Position numbers and translations under genes: made by a program. Below the pieces are notes generated by a model. The model was not told where the DNA came from, made no database searches, and worked only from the letters and a program-made list of their open reading frames with translations. Of a stretch of 64,000 nucleotides of DNA, positions 13,201 to 25,200 are shown piece by piece (position 1 is the first letter of the stretch; each line of letters opens with the position of its first letter). The DNA is from Amphiscolops sp. MND2022 (Eukaryota), in assembly GCA_964187785.1 (NCBI GenBank), contig OZ076409.1, positions 94,924,001 through 94,988,000 of the forward strand. The letters run 5' to 3'.

Positions 13201-16200
13201 CAGAGCATCTATTGCCTTGTCATATGCCTGAAAGATAAAATGATCATTTGGAACGAATTATAAATAAAAACTGATGGTAAAATTTAAATACTCCATCCTG
13301 ATATGGAGAATCCAAAACGGAGAAAATCCTCAGGAGTGGAAACCAGCCAAAGTACGTAATTGCAGAGAGTGTAAAGTAGTCATTTACTGTATTTTAATCA
13401 CTACGCGTAACGCCAAGTCACACAGTGTAACGAGCAAAACACGTAACGCGTATTTAGAATAATAACGCGTTTTCTTGCTGTTAATCGAACTAGCAAGATC
13501 TTGCTAGGTCGTTGCGGCAGATGTATCGTAATGCTGAAACTTGAAACATGAACCGCTCATGGAGAACATCCTGAAACTAAGAACCTCCATACATTGGCAC
13601 AAATGAAAGTGCAAAAACTGCAGGAACTTCAGCAAAATGAAATTAGCGTACTCCTAAGTGTGGTCGCTAGCAAATTTAGAAGAGCAATCGTAAAGCAAAC
13701 ATTACAGGTAGTTCAGAATATGGTGACTATTAATTTGTATGGCTTTACAACCAGAGCCGCATATGCGGTAAAGGAGTCGGCTTAAGTCTTTTTCCTTCTG
13801 ACTCGCGTTCGTTCGAATCGTATGAAGAGTTTGTGAGAAAATCGAAAAAATCGAAAAATGACTTTTTTTGGCCATTTTTGGGGTAAATTTGGTTATGTTT
13901 TTCACATCTCAGCCATACGAATTTAATGAAATTGCACATAAAGGACCATAATATGGTGTAGAATGACTGTAGAAAATTTCGTTCGAATCGTATGGACAGT
14001 TTTTGAGAAAATCGAAAAAAATCGAAAAATGACTGTTTTTTGGCCATTTTTGGGCTAATTTTGGCTATGTTTCTCACATCCCAGCCATACGATTTTAATG
14101 CCACTGCACATATAGGACTCTAATATGGTGTAGAATGACTGTAGAAAATTTCGTTCGAATCGTATGGACAGTTTTTGAGAAAATCGAAAAAAAATCGAAA
14201 AATGACTGTTTTTTGGCCATTTTTGGGCTAATTTTGGCTATGTTTCTCACATCCCAGCCATACGATTTTAATGCCACTGCACATATAGGACTCTAATATG
14301 GTGTAGAATGACTGTAGAAAATTTCGTTCGAATCGTATGGACAGTTTTTGAGAAAATCGAAAAAAAGTCGAAAAATGGCTGTTTTTTGGCCATTTTTGGG
14401 CTAATTTTGGCTATGTTTCTCACATCCCAGCCATACGATTTTGATGCCATTGCACATATAGGACTCTAATATGGTGTAGAATAACTGTAGAAAATTTCGT
14501 TCGAATCGTATGGACAGTTTTTGAGAAAATCGAAAAAAGTCGAAAAATGGCTGTTTTTTGGCCATTTTTGGGCTAATTTTGGCTATGTTTCTCACATCCC
14601 AGCCATACGATTTTGATGCCATTGCACATATAGGACTCTAATATGGTGTAGAATAACTGTAGAAAATTTCGTTCGAATCGTATGGACAGTTTTTGAGAAA
14701 ATCGAAAAAAGTCGAAAAATGGCTGTTTTTTGGCCATTTTTGGGCTAATTTTGGCTATGTTTCTCACATCCAGGCATCACATACGATTTTGATGCCTTTG
14801 CACACGCAGGGGCCCCTTTGGGTGTAGAATGACTGTGTAAAATTTTGTGAAAATCGTATGGACAGTTTTTGAGAAATTTGAATTTTTCATGAAAAGGTCG
14901 GGAGAAAAAAAAACAGCACGATTGCATAAGTAGTCGAAAATTTTTTCCGACTCCTAAAAAGTAAAAGGTCCCAAACAGCAGAATTCAAATTACTAGCTTT
15001 TAGTGCTGTTACAGCCAATATGTATGGAACTTGATTTGAAGGTTAGTATATTTGTTGCATGGCTCGGTCGCTCCGCTCTCTTCGCCAAGTAGCAACATTG
15101 AGGCATGGCCATTTGGCACATCGCTCCGCTTCGCTTCGCTCCTGCATTTAGGGCACTAAGGGTATGTGAACATAGCTGACGACGTTATAATAATTCCGTT
15201 AAAATATGTATGGACCACATTTATGTAATAGGGACAACACTTAGTAAGAAGAAATCGCTTTAGACCACACTTAGTCAGGAGTACTGAAATTAATACGCAA
15301 TTCAAGTGAGTATCTTACTTTGATTGCTCTCAACGAGACTTGAAAGTTTCACAAAAAAAGTTCAGAATTTTGACCTGACAAAAACTAACATGGCTCTCAT
15401 CGATGAATAACAGTGCCTGAAGAATAAAAGAATAACCAGAACCAGAGCCGCATGTGCGGTAAAGGTGTCAAATTAGGACCTTTTCCTTCTGACTCGCTCG
15501 GATTCCGGTCATACGATTTTGATGAAATTGTCCATATTATGGTACAAATGGCACATATTAGGCCTTTGTATGGTGAAGAAAGACTCCAAAAAAGTTCTTT
15601 CAAATCGTGAAGAGTTGTTTGAGAAAATCAAAAAAGCCCAAAAATTGCCGCTTTTTGGTCAATTTGGGATTAATTTTGACCATATTTCTCAAATCCCAGT
15701 CATACAATTTTGATGCCATTGCGCACGTAGTGTAGAATGCCTTTGGGTGTAGAATGCCTGTGCTAAATTTTAAAAAAATCGTATGGACAGTTTTTGAGAA
15801 AATTGAAATTTTCATTGAAAGATCGGGAGAAAAACAAGCCGGGACCGGCCCAAGTCGGCGCCATATCTAAGGCTCAAAAATAGCAAAAGAACTTCAAAAT
15901 GTCAAAGTATTGGTGCATTGGGGACCCACGCTTTTCTGAACAAAAAATTTGAAAAAAGTCTCACAATGCCGAAAAAAAACTGAAAGGGGGACCCTTTAGT
16001 CTCGCCTGGTATTGTATGCTACGCGGAAAAAAAGGAAAAACCTTTTTGATTCTGTTCGCTAGGCCAAATTGTTCAATTTGACACGATGAAATTTTGCAGA
16101 ACTTGTAGAACTATTTTGGTCACTTCAGGTGTATCGATTTTTTTTTAAAAAAAGACTGACGTAAGGCCATGAGTATAGTCGGCTCTTTTCAAGAAAAGCG

Positions 16201-19200
16201 CCGACTAAAAAGATACAACTGCATAAGTAGAACCCCCCACCTGATACTGGTCCATTTCCAGCTCGGCACAAGAGATGTAAAAAAGGGCGAGCAGGTCGAA
16301 GGCCTTTGCTTTCTGGTACAGCTCTATGATTTTGATGACCACGTCCTCTGCTTGCACCCACTGCAACGTCTTGAAGTAATTGGCTGCGTCTATCATCAGG
16401 TCCGGTTTACGCGACACCTGGAAACACACAACACAATCTGATGACTATTTTGGATTTTACACACCGCACCAATCTGGATAAATATACTAGGACACCAAAA
16501 AAACTCGATTTGGTTGATGAAATTACAACAAGACGAGAACGTCTAAAGTCGGCGCCATGTCTAAAGCTCAAAAAACTCAAATTTCTTGAAATTGTAAAAG
16601 GTGGGACCCTTTGGGTTTTTTTCAAATTCCAATTTGTTGCGCGGTGTAACGTCTCAAAGATCGGATATAGTGTGCTTACCTTAGTAAAACAGAATATAAG
16701 TCGTATATAACGTCAAAAATTCGGATGTAGTGCTTTACTCCATATTACGTCCAAGTTTCGGGTAGTTTTAAAAAAAATTATTGGTGGATATAAACTGAAA
16801 AAACCTAATTTCAGACAAAAAATGACAATTTTGAACAGTCTCATAGTGCCGAAAAATCTAAAAGGGGGGACCCTTTCTAGACATTAAAAAATTTTCGAAA
16901 AAAAAACGAAAAATCGAAGAATAAGAATTTTGAGCCAGTCTCATAGTGCCGAAAAACTTGAAAGGGGAGACCGTTTGGGCTTTTCGAAACTTCAGTTTGC
17001 TGTAAAATATCGAAAAATTCGAAGGGGGACCCTTTGGATACAAAAAAAATTTCGAAAAAAAAGTCGCACAGTGCCGAAAAAAACTCAAAGGGGGGACCCT
17101 ATGGTCTCGTCCGGTTTTGTATCTTACGATAAAAATGGAGTTACTGAAAGGGGGGACCCTTTGCACTATCTTAAATGCACTCCCCGTTTGCCGATCCAGT
17201 ACTTTAGTAGTTCTGTAAAAAGTGTCCAGTACGCATACATTCTGTTATCTGACGAAAAAAAAACTAGCCACTGTAATAGTCGGGCTCATTTTCTTCTAAA
17301 ATGCGCCGACTAAAAAGAGCAAAAGTCTTGGTCAAATTTTGATCAGAATTACAACGGTAGCTTTTGTTCAGTTTCAAAAGTTATATCAAATGGCGTTATG
17401 AGTTTTGGATTTTTTCGAAGTTTATTACGCAATATCTCAAAAACTACTGGTCCAAAGAAATGAACTACTGATTTCAAAATAAGACGCCCGCCAAAAAAAC
17501 TTGAAATTTTTGAATTTTCTTCTTTCAGAAAATGTCGCATAGTGCCGAAAAATGTAAAAGGGGGGACCCTTTGGGCTTTATTAACATATATTCTGTTGCA
17601 AAATATCAAAAAACTCGAAAGGGGGACTCTTTTGAGACATTAAAAAATTTTCGAAAAAAAAGTCGCACAACGCCGAAATAAAACCAAAAATGGTGACCCT
17701 TTAGTCTCGTCCGGTTTTGTAGCTGACGTTAAAATAGTAAAAAATGAAAGGGGACCCTTTTGCACTAATTTCCGCTGACCGGATTTGGCCTTATGGTAGT
17801 TTTAGTAGTTTCGATTGTAAAAAAAGTGGTCCAATCAGAGTGAGATTGTAGTCTGACGAAAAAAAACTAGCCACTGTAAGTGTCGGGCACTTTTCCCTAG
17901 AAAAGCTCCGACTGAAAAAACGCAACACAGATTATGATTTCCCTTCCCCATTGAATGTGGGCGGAAAATATAAATAGCCCGGAAATTCATATACAAATTT
18001 GAGAAAGTTCTGCTCTGGGACTTTTGTGTCAATTGAATGAATAAAGTTCCTTGCGTTTAGAAATTTTTGTCGGCGAAATTAAGCGTCTTCAGCTTTTTGG
18101 TGCCCTGGTGTATGACCCCCTTCTGATTATTTTTTATACTCTATTCCGAGACACTATTCCTCACGGTAAATACAACGGTAGAAGTTACAGGTTACTAAGA
18201 GCTTATAGAAATTCAGTTGGCTGGTCTTTTATTGTTCAGTTGGCTATAGTCTGTTGTTTTCTTGGAAAAGAGCCGACTAAAAACCGAGTTGTCTCAGAAA
18301 GAAAGAAGAATGGAAGCCAGAGAACGGATTGGAACCTTGGCTGTCTTGAATATTAACTCGACGTCACCAGACTTGAGCAGAGCCTTGAATCCCTGGTTGA
18401 TGTCTCCGGCCTGCTGGAACTTCTTGTAGGCCAGAGTATACTTCTGCTGGGCCTGGCAAATGTACGCCAGTCGGATGAGGAGGTCTTTCCTCTGTCTGGA
18501 ATCGTAGCACTTGTCGTTCTTATCCGGACACAGTTTCTCCGCCATGTCTTCAGTGATGTTGACCGAAGCAGCTTCCTCTAACAGTGTGAGTGCTGCGTCG
18601 TACTGCAACATAAATCGTATCGAGATTGTGTAATTAGAAACCATCAGGGGTGCTGAAGTTGAGAACAAACTAGTTTTAAACAAGAGAAAACTTTACTCCA
18701 TCAAGGGAATTGCTTAAAAAGATACATATGGAAGTATTAGGAGATACAAGTATTCCAAGCTTTATTCACATTACTCGACACGACACTGTGAAAAATCTGC
18801 TGTCTCATTTCACCACAGCGAATTTCTATTGGTAGGTCAACTACAGCAGTATACTCAGTAGCGTTTAACAAAAAGATGCATGATCTGGCATCGTCAAATG
18901 TGTAAATAAGATCGACAAAATAATTCTGTAGTTTTTGTCGAGGTAAGGACAGATTTATTAGCAATGATTTTTGCTTCGAGAGATGTTCGTTATGGTGAAA
19001 TGCCTTGATTCCGAAGTTCATCACTTCACATTTGAAACATTCAATTAGTTTCTTAAAAGAAAACCAATTATTCAACTTATTCAATGCAGACTACTGACCA
19101 CAAGGGCCAACTCTAAAACTAGTTATATCCTCAGCAAAAACAGCCATTTTGTTATTTCCGAGATAACTACTCTGTTGTGCTTAATAAGAGGGGGGGTCAT

Positions 19201-22200
19201 ATTTAGAGGGGGGTCTAGCAAATTTCTGGCGGACAGTAAGAGGGGGGGTCTAAATTACAGGGGGGGTCTAAACAGCTCCTGAATTCTAGAAAACATTTTT
19301 AAAGCAGAAAAATTAAACTGAAACGCATCTTTTACAAATGTTTATACAAAACAAAAGTTATTTTCCGGCCGTTTTTCTGAATTTTCGTCTTTGTTGATTG
19401 ATTTCCGAGATCAGTTTGTTGAAAAATGGCCGTAGCTCGTTAGAAGCGGTAGATATTTCTTGCTTAACTGTAATTGATGAAGTGTGTTTGTATCTAGGAC
19501 GCGATGGCCGAGTGGCTAAGGCATAAGAACTCAAATGGGTATTTGCTCTTTCTGCCAGGGTTCGAACCTGGGCGTGAGCTTTTTTTTCTTTCGTGTTTGC
19601 TACCAGGGGGGGTCATAATAAGAGGGGGGGTCCCTGATTTTCAGGCAGAGACAGTAGTAGGTACCCCCCCTCTTATTAAGCACAACAGAGTAGGAAAAAA
19701 TGGATATGAACAGAAATGCACCTTAAAATAGATCCTTGTAGCACGCCATTCATGCTTTCTCTCTTTTGAGTTATCACAATCATTAGAGTGCATAGGCAAG
19801 CTTAATTTGCTCAAAGCGCAACTTTGTGCGTTCAATACCTCGGATTCCACGACCATACCTTTAACCGTGCAAAATTGGCAAATTACGTCAAATGTCCCCG
19901 GATCAAAGGGAAATTTTGTCCTGGATTCCACGACTTTTCTCAATTTTCGTGTCCCGGATTCCACGAAAAGCAGCAAAATAGCTTGCCTGTGCACTGTAAT
20001 GATGTCATTCTCTGTATATTGAAACCTATTTCTGAGGTAGTCACTCAAAATTTCAAAGATTGATAATCTCTCATCAAGTCACTTACACTACTAATTGAAT
20101 TGCATGAACGCAAGAGTGTTTTTGCCGGAATCCAAATTGCTCGGATGCAAACAGGTTGTTTTTGACGAAGATTACAATACGATCATAAAGTTTGTCAAAC
20201 ATTTTGCTGATGGTGCATAAACTTATTAGTCTGTTATTCTCTGGATATGTCATAACGCCTTTTTTGAAAACAAGAAGTATCTTCGCAGAACTCTGGAAAT
20301 TTCCAATTTATAATGCATTTATTGAATGCTTCACTAAAAGATGATTTTTCAAATACTGGACATTTAGCTCAGATCAACTTCAGCTAATACGGTTCATCCG
20401 TTTTGACCTTTACCGAGTTGGGGTCTAGAAAACTAGCAACTTGAATGAACAAGACGGGAACGTCTAAAGTCGGCGCTATATCTAAGGCTCAAAAAGCGCA
20501 AAAGACTTTTTGAAAAAAAAACTTGAAATTTTTGATTTTTTTCTCTCAGAAAATGTCGCATAGTGCCGAAAAATGGAAAAGGGGGGACCTTTTGGGCTTT
20601 ATTAACATATATTCTGTTGCAAAATATTAAAAAACTCGAAAGGGGGACTCTTTTGAGACATTAAATTTCGAAAAAAGTCGCACAATGCCGAAAAAAATCG
20701 AAAGGGGGTACCCTTTAGTCTCGCTCAGTTTTGTAGGTTACGTTAAAATAGTAAAAAATGAAAGGGGGGACCCTTTTGCACTAATTTCCGCTGACCGGAC
20801 TTGGCCTTATGGTAGTAGTTTTAGTAGTTTCGATTGTAAGAAAAGTGGCCCAATCAGAGTGAGATTGTAGTCTGACGAAAAAAAAAGAAAAAAAAACTAG
20901 CCACTGTAAGTGTCGGGCACTTTTCCCTAGAAAAGCGCCGACTAAAAACTATACTTTGTATGATATAGTTTTAATACCATACAATTACATTAAAAAAAAC
21001 CTTTGTTCCTTCTGAACTTATACGGTAGAATTTAACAGCAGCGTCTTAAGGATTTGGGTTTGAAGAAGGGAATTGAAGCAAATAACAGACTCACATCTTT
21101 GGCCTGTATGTACAGACTGATGGCCTTCTCATACAGCCCGGTGTCCTTGAAAAACTTGGCGAATTCCCTCAACTGCTCCGGACTGCTGGAACTCTCGTCC
21201 AAGTGGGCCACGATCGAGTCCATCACTACCGCTTTCTGTTCTCCTCTCGTCAACTCAGCCACCTTAAAGGCAGTGATGACCAATTTAACAAACTATTTAA
21301 CCGATCTGTTAAATTATTCGTTAAAGGCGGTATGCGGAAAACTCGTCGAAAACAACTCGCCGAATGCAACTCGTCGAAATTAAAGGGCGGAAAACAATTA
21401 ACTCGTCGAATAATAATAGAGTACAAACTCGTAGAATAATAACAGATTACAAACAGGGATTACCCAGTGCTAATTGTGGATTAATTTTCTTCAATTGATG
21501 TGTAAAATTTTCAGTTTTCAAGCATAATATAGCTTTTCTAGTTATATAATTGCATGAAATATTTAACTTTTATAGTTAACAGTGTAATACTTTATAATAA
21601 GTTGGAACTTAATAACACAGTACGATCACAGAGTTAACGCTATATTTGTCTGAGATTACTTTCTGTTCTTGCAACGAGTTTTCCGCCTGAGAATTTTCGG
21701 TGTTGCTTTTCGACGAGTTTTCCACCTAGTATTTTCGACAGTTGTTTTCGGCTACTTGTTTTCGGCGAGTTGTTTTCGACGAGAGGTTTTCGACGAGTTT
21801 TCCTAGATTCGTTAAATGCATTTAATAGGCGTGTGTGGTTAAGGAAAAATTTAAACTCGGTCAATGATCACTCAATGACAGCTTATTAATTGAAAAGTCG
21901 GTGAAAATCAATGAATTCTGAAAAAGGTTAAAAATTCATTATTTCAAAAGATTTTTTTCAGAAAAATCAACATTCTGAAGTCTGCTGTAGAAATACTTTG
22001 CCTCCCACTGTAAATTATGTTACCTCGGTCACTTCATACTCTTTTGTTTAGTACGGCAGTTCCGGGTATAGATAAATACTCGAGAGCCAAATTTGCGAGT
22101 GGCAGAAACTGGACCTGATTTTTTACATAGCTTCCTAAAAACAGCCAATGTGAATTGAGATTGATTCATTGACTGAAATTTTTCAGCGCTGATAAAAGCA

Positions 22201-25200
22201 ATGAATTATTGAATTCATTGGTTTTCAATGAAATATCATTTAATCGCACACCCCTAGCATTTAACCATTAACAGATCTGTTAAACCAAATTGTGTAAATT
22301 TGGGGCTTTTTAACAGATTTATTGGTGATGTTAGATGTACTAAATTCACATTATAAATTGAAGCATCAAAGCAACTACTTTCATTTTCAGACAATTGTGG
22401 TTAAGTGAATTGTGTATTAAGTCAACAAGTTACTATATTGTTTTGGACGTTTTTTATTGCCACTTGCCATAAAATGCAGACATGCCTTGTTTCCGCACCT
22501 TCTCAGAATTCCAACCACTCATTAATTAGTGTTATTTGAAACTTTCTCATTATAAATTCGCATTATAGTTCAAATTATCAATGTTAAATAATCGGTTAAA
22601 TAATCATAAAGTTGGAAAATCAGTTTAACCAATTCTGTTTAAAATTTTCATTGGTTAAATCATCACTGCTTAAAGGGCTATCATTATATTTTGCCCTCAT
22701 TTCATTTGGGATGGGAAACTACTGAATCGCATTTTTCGTGTCAGGACATTTCATCCTATGCAATTTCAACCGTTGCCATTTCAACCTTCCACAATTTCGA
22801 CCTAAGCTAATTGTGGCTAATGGATCATAATTAGTTATATAATTATTTGAGGTGGTTTTCATTTTCATTCATTTCTAAATTCAAATGTGCTAATTTTTAC
22901 GCCAGTTTTCATACGTTTTGACTTCTTCATGAATAATTACCAATAATTAAACCTGTTTGATTCATTACTCACGATTGTACTGAAATAAGAACCGAATTAG
23001 AAGTAATAAGCCAAAATTCGTTTAGGTCGAAATTGCGAAAGGTTGAAATTGTCAACGGTTGAAATGGCAACGGTTGAAATTGCATAGGACGAAATGTCAT
23101 GTAACCCGCATTTCCTCTGCTTTTTTCTATTTTGCCGTGTTCCAAGTTTATGCCCAGAAGATAGAGGCTGGTCCATTGAAATCAACTGCCATAAACTGAT
23201 GTTGTCGGTGGCATACGTATTTGTGGAGATAATTCATCTTTTTGGCAATTATTATCCGTAGATTATCAAACTCACTACCGTTTCAAATTGAATTGTAAGA
23301 GCACGAGATGATTTCAAAACACTGAAGCACATTTCCTCAAAAATGACGAGTGATCAAATGAATTTTCAGCAGAAACATGGAAACTATTGGAGAGCGAAAC
23401 AAAATATTCAGACAGATAGTCTATTGATGGCTCTGTTTTTTAAAATCAAACTTAAAATTAAGTATCAAAACTGTAATGCAACGCGTCATTCATAGTTAGC
23501 AGCAATGTTTCGGCGACCCCAACCTTCAATCCCTGACCAGCCATGGAATACAACTGTAGAGCCTTGTCTCTGCAATCTTGAGTGTCTTGAGCTTCTAGGA
23601 ATTTGGCTGCGTCTAGTTTGTCGTTCAGAGACCCCAAAGAAGCCACGTTCTTCAACTGTTCGTAATCGTGTGCCTCTTTGCACAGTTTACACGCATTGGG
23701 GTATGCCTCTGCCCTCATGAAATAGGTCACTGCGTGTTGAAAGTGCTTCTGGTTAGCCTGAAAGCAAAACAGGATTTTTGCACAGATGAACAGTTAGCAG
23801 CGAAATCAGTAGTAAATGCATAGCTTCTAAATTTTTGTGAGTTGATCTCAGAATTTTTGAACAAAAACGTTTGTAATCAATATTTAAAATATGCACCTGC
23901 GGGCACAGTATTATCATAATGATTTCTTTTTAGGCTTTAATGTTCATTAATAGAAACATATCTGAAATAACTACACACTCCTGTTTAATCATTATATAGC
24001 GCACAATTAATCACTATACCAGTTTACACCGCGTTTAATTCTTCTCGGACTAAAGAAAATATAACTACTAAGCGTAGACGAAGTTTTGTATTGCATTTGA
24101 ATGCTATCGCAGAAATAATGAAAAATACTAAACTTTAAGATTTACAGTTTTCAAAAATACTTTTCCGTTCAGAAGATTTTGGTCTCCTTTAATTGAGCCT
24201 AAATCTTCGTTTTTTACAGCCACAGGTCAAACTCATTTATTACGGTATGGTATGTGCCAACAGAGATTTCACAGCAAGCGCTAGCTAGCGTTAAGTGCCA
24301 TACTGTAATAAATGAATTGGACTTGTGATTGTAAAAATTAATTTGGACTCGATCCAAGGAGACCAAAATCTTCTGAACGTATTAAAATTTACTGACTTTG
24401 TTTCTGACTTATTCCAGTTCAAATTTCGAAAGCCTTGAGAGTTCAAAAAAAGTCATTTTCAATCTTTCAGACGCCTTTTCAACAATTTCCATTGGAATGT
24501 TCCGAAAAGAAACCTTCTTGAACAGGACATTTCAGAGGAAGAAACTTGAATCCAATGTATTCAGATAGGGCATAAAAATAAGTTTAGAGAAACCCAATTT
24601 TGTGTAAACAAAACATTATCGTCATTAGTGGATGGGTTAGGTTCTGTCAAAAATACAAAATTGCAAATCAAGGGTCTCAGACAGGTAATATGCAAAAATT
24701 TGCTCCTAGATCAGGATTTAGTAGTAAATACAAGTTGTTAAAAGTGATAATACAAAGCTACAAATTTGTTTCGAAACTGATCAAGCATTTTTCGATTACC
24801 TCCAAAATAACACAGGTTTCAAGCCAATTTAATTGCAGCCCAAATCATTTTTTACAATCAGGGGTCCAATTCATTTATTACAGTATGGTAGAACTCAAAA
24901 CACTACCTGTGCAGTTTAATAGGAATGGACTACTTTATACAGCAGAATACTTGTAATTGTTTCTTTAGTGTTCGTTTCCTCTGAAGACCCTAACATTTGT
25001 TAATACTTATTTTAAATCACTGTTATACGTATGTTACTTTGATGTATTTTGTTATTTATATATTTATACCATACTGTAATAAATGAATTGGACCTCTGAT
25101 TATAAAGATCGATTTGGACCGATTAAAGGAGGCCAAAATCTTCTGAACAAAAAAGTATCTTCAAAAACTGTGAAACTAAATGTTCATTAACTTTTGATGT

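Noticed and set aside
13805..14880. CRISPR-like regular repeats and repeated [13 protein letters not shown]s
   Set aside because: Whole units repeat with no unique spacers, the context is a eukaryotic intron, and the ORFs are by-products of the tandem array.
21316..21816. Apparent 9-10 bp TSD attcgttaaa around the ggaaaactcgtcgaaaa MITE
   Set aside because: A related copy at ~32937 shows the right-hand sequence is probably part of the element terminus, so the TSD is not secure.
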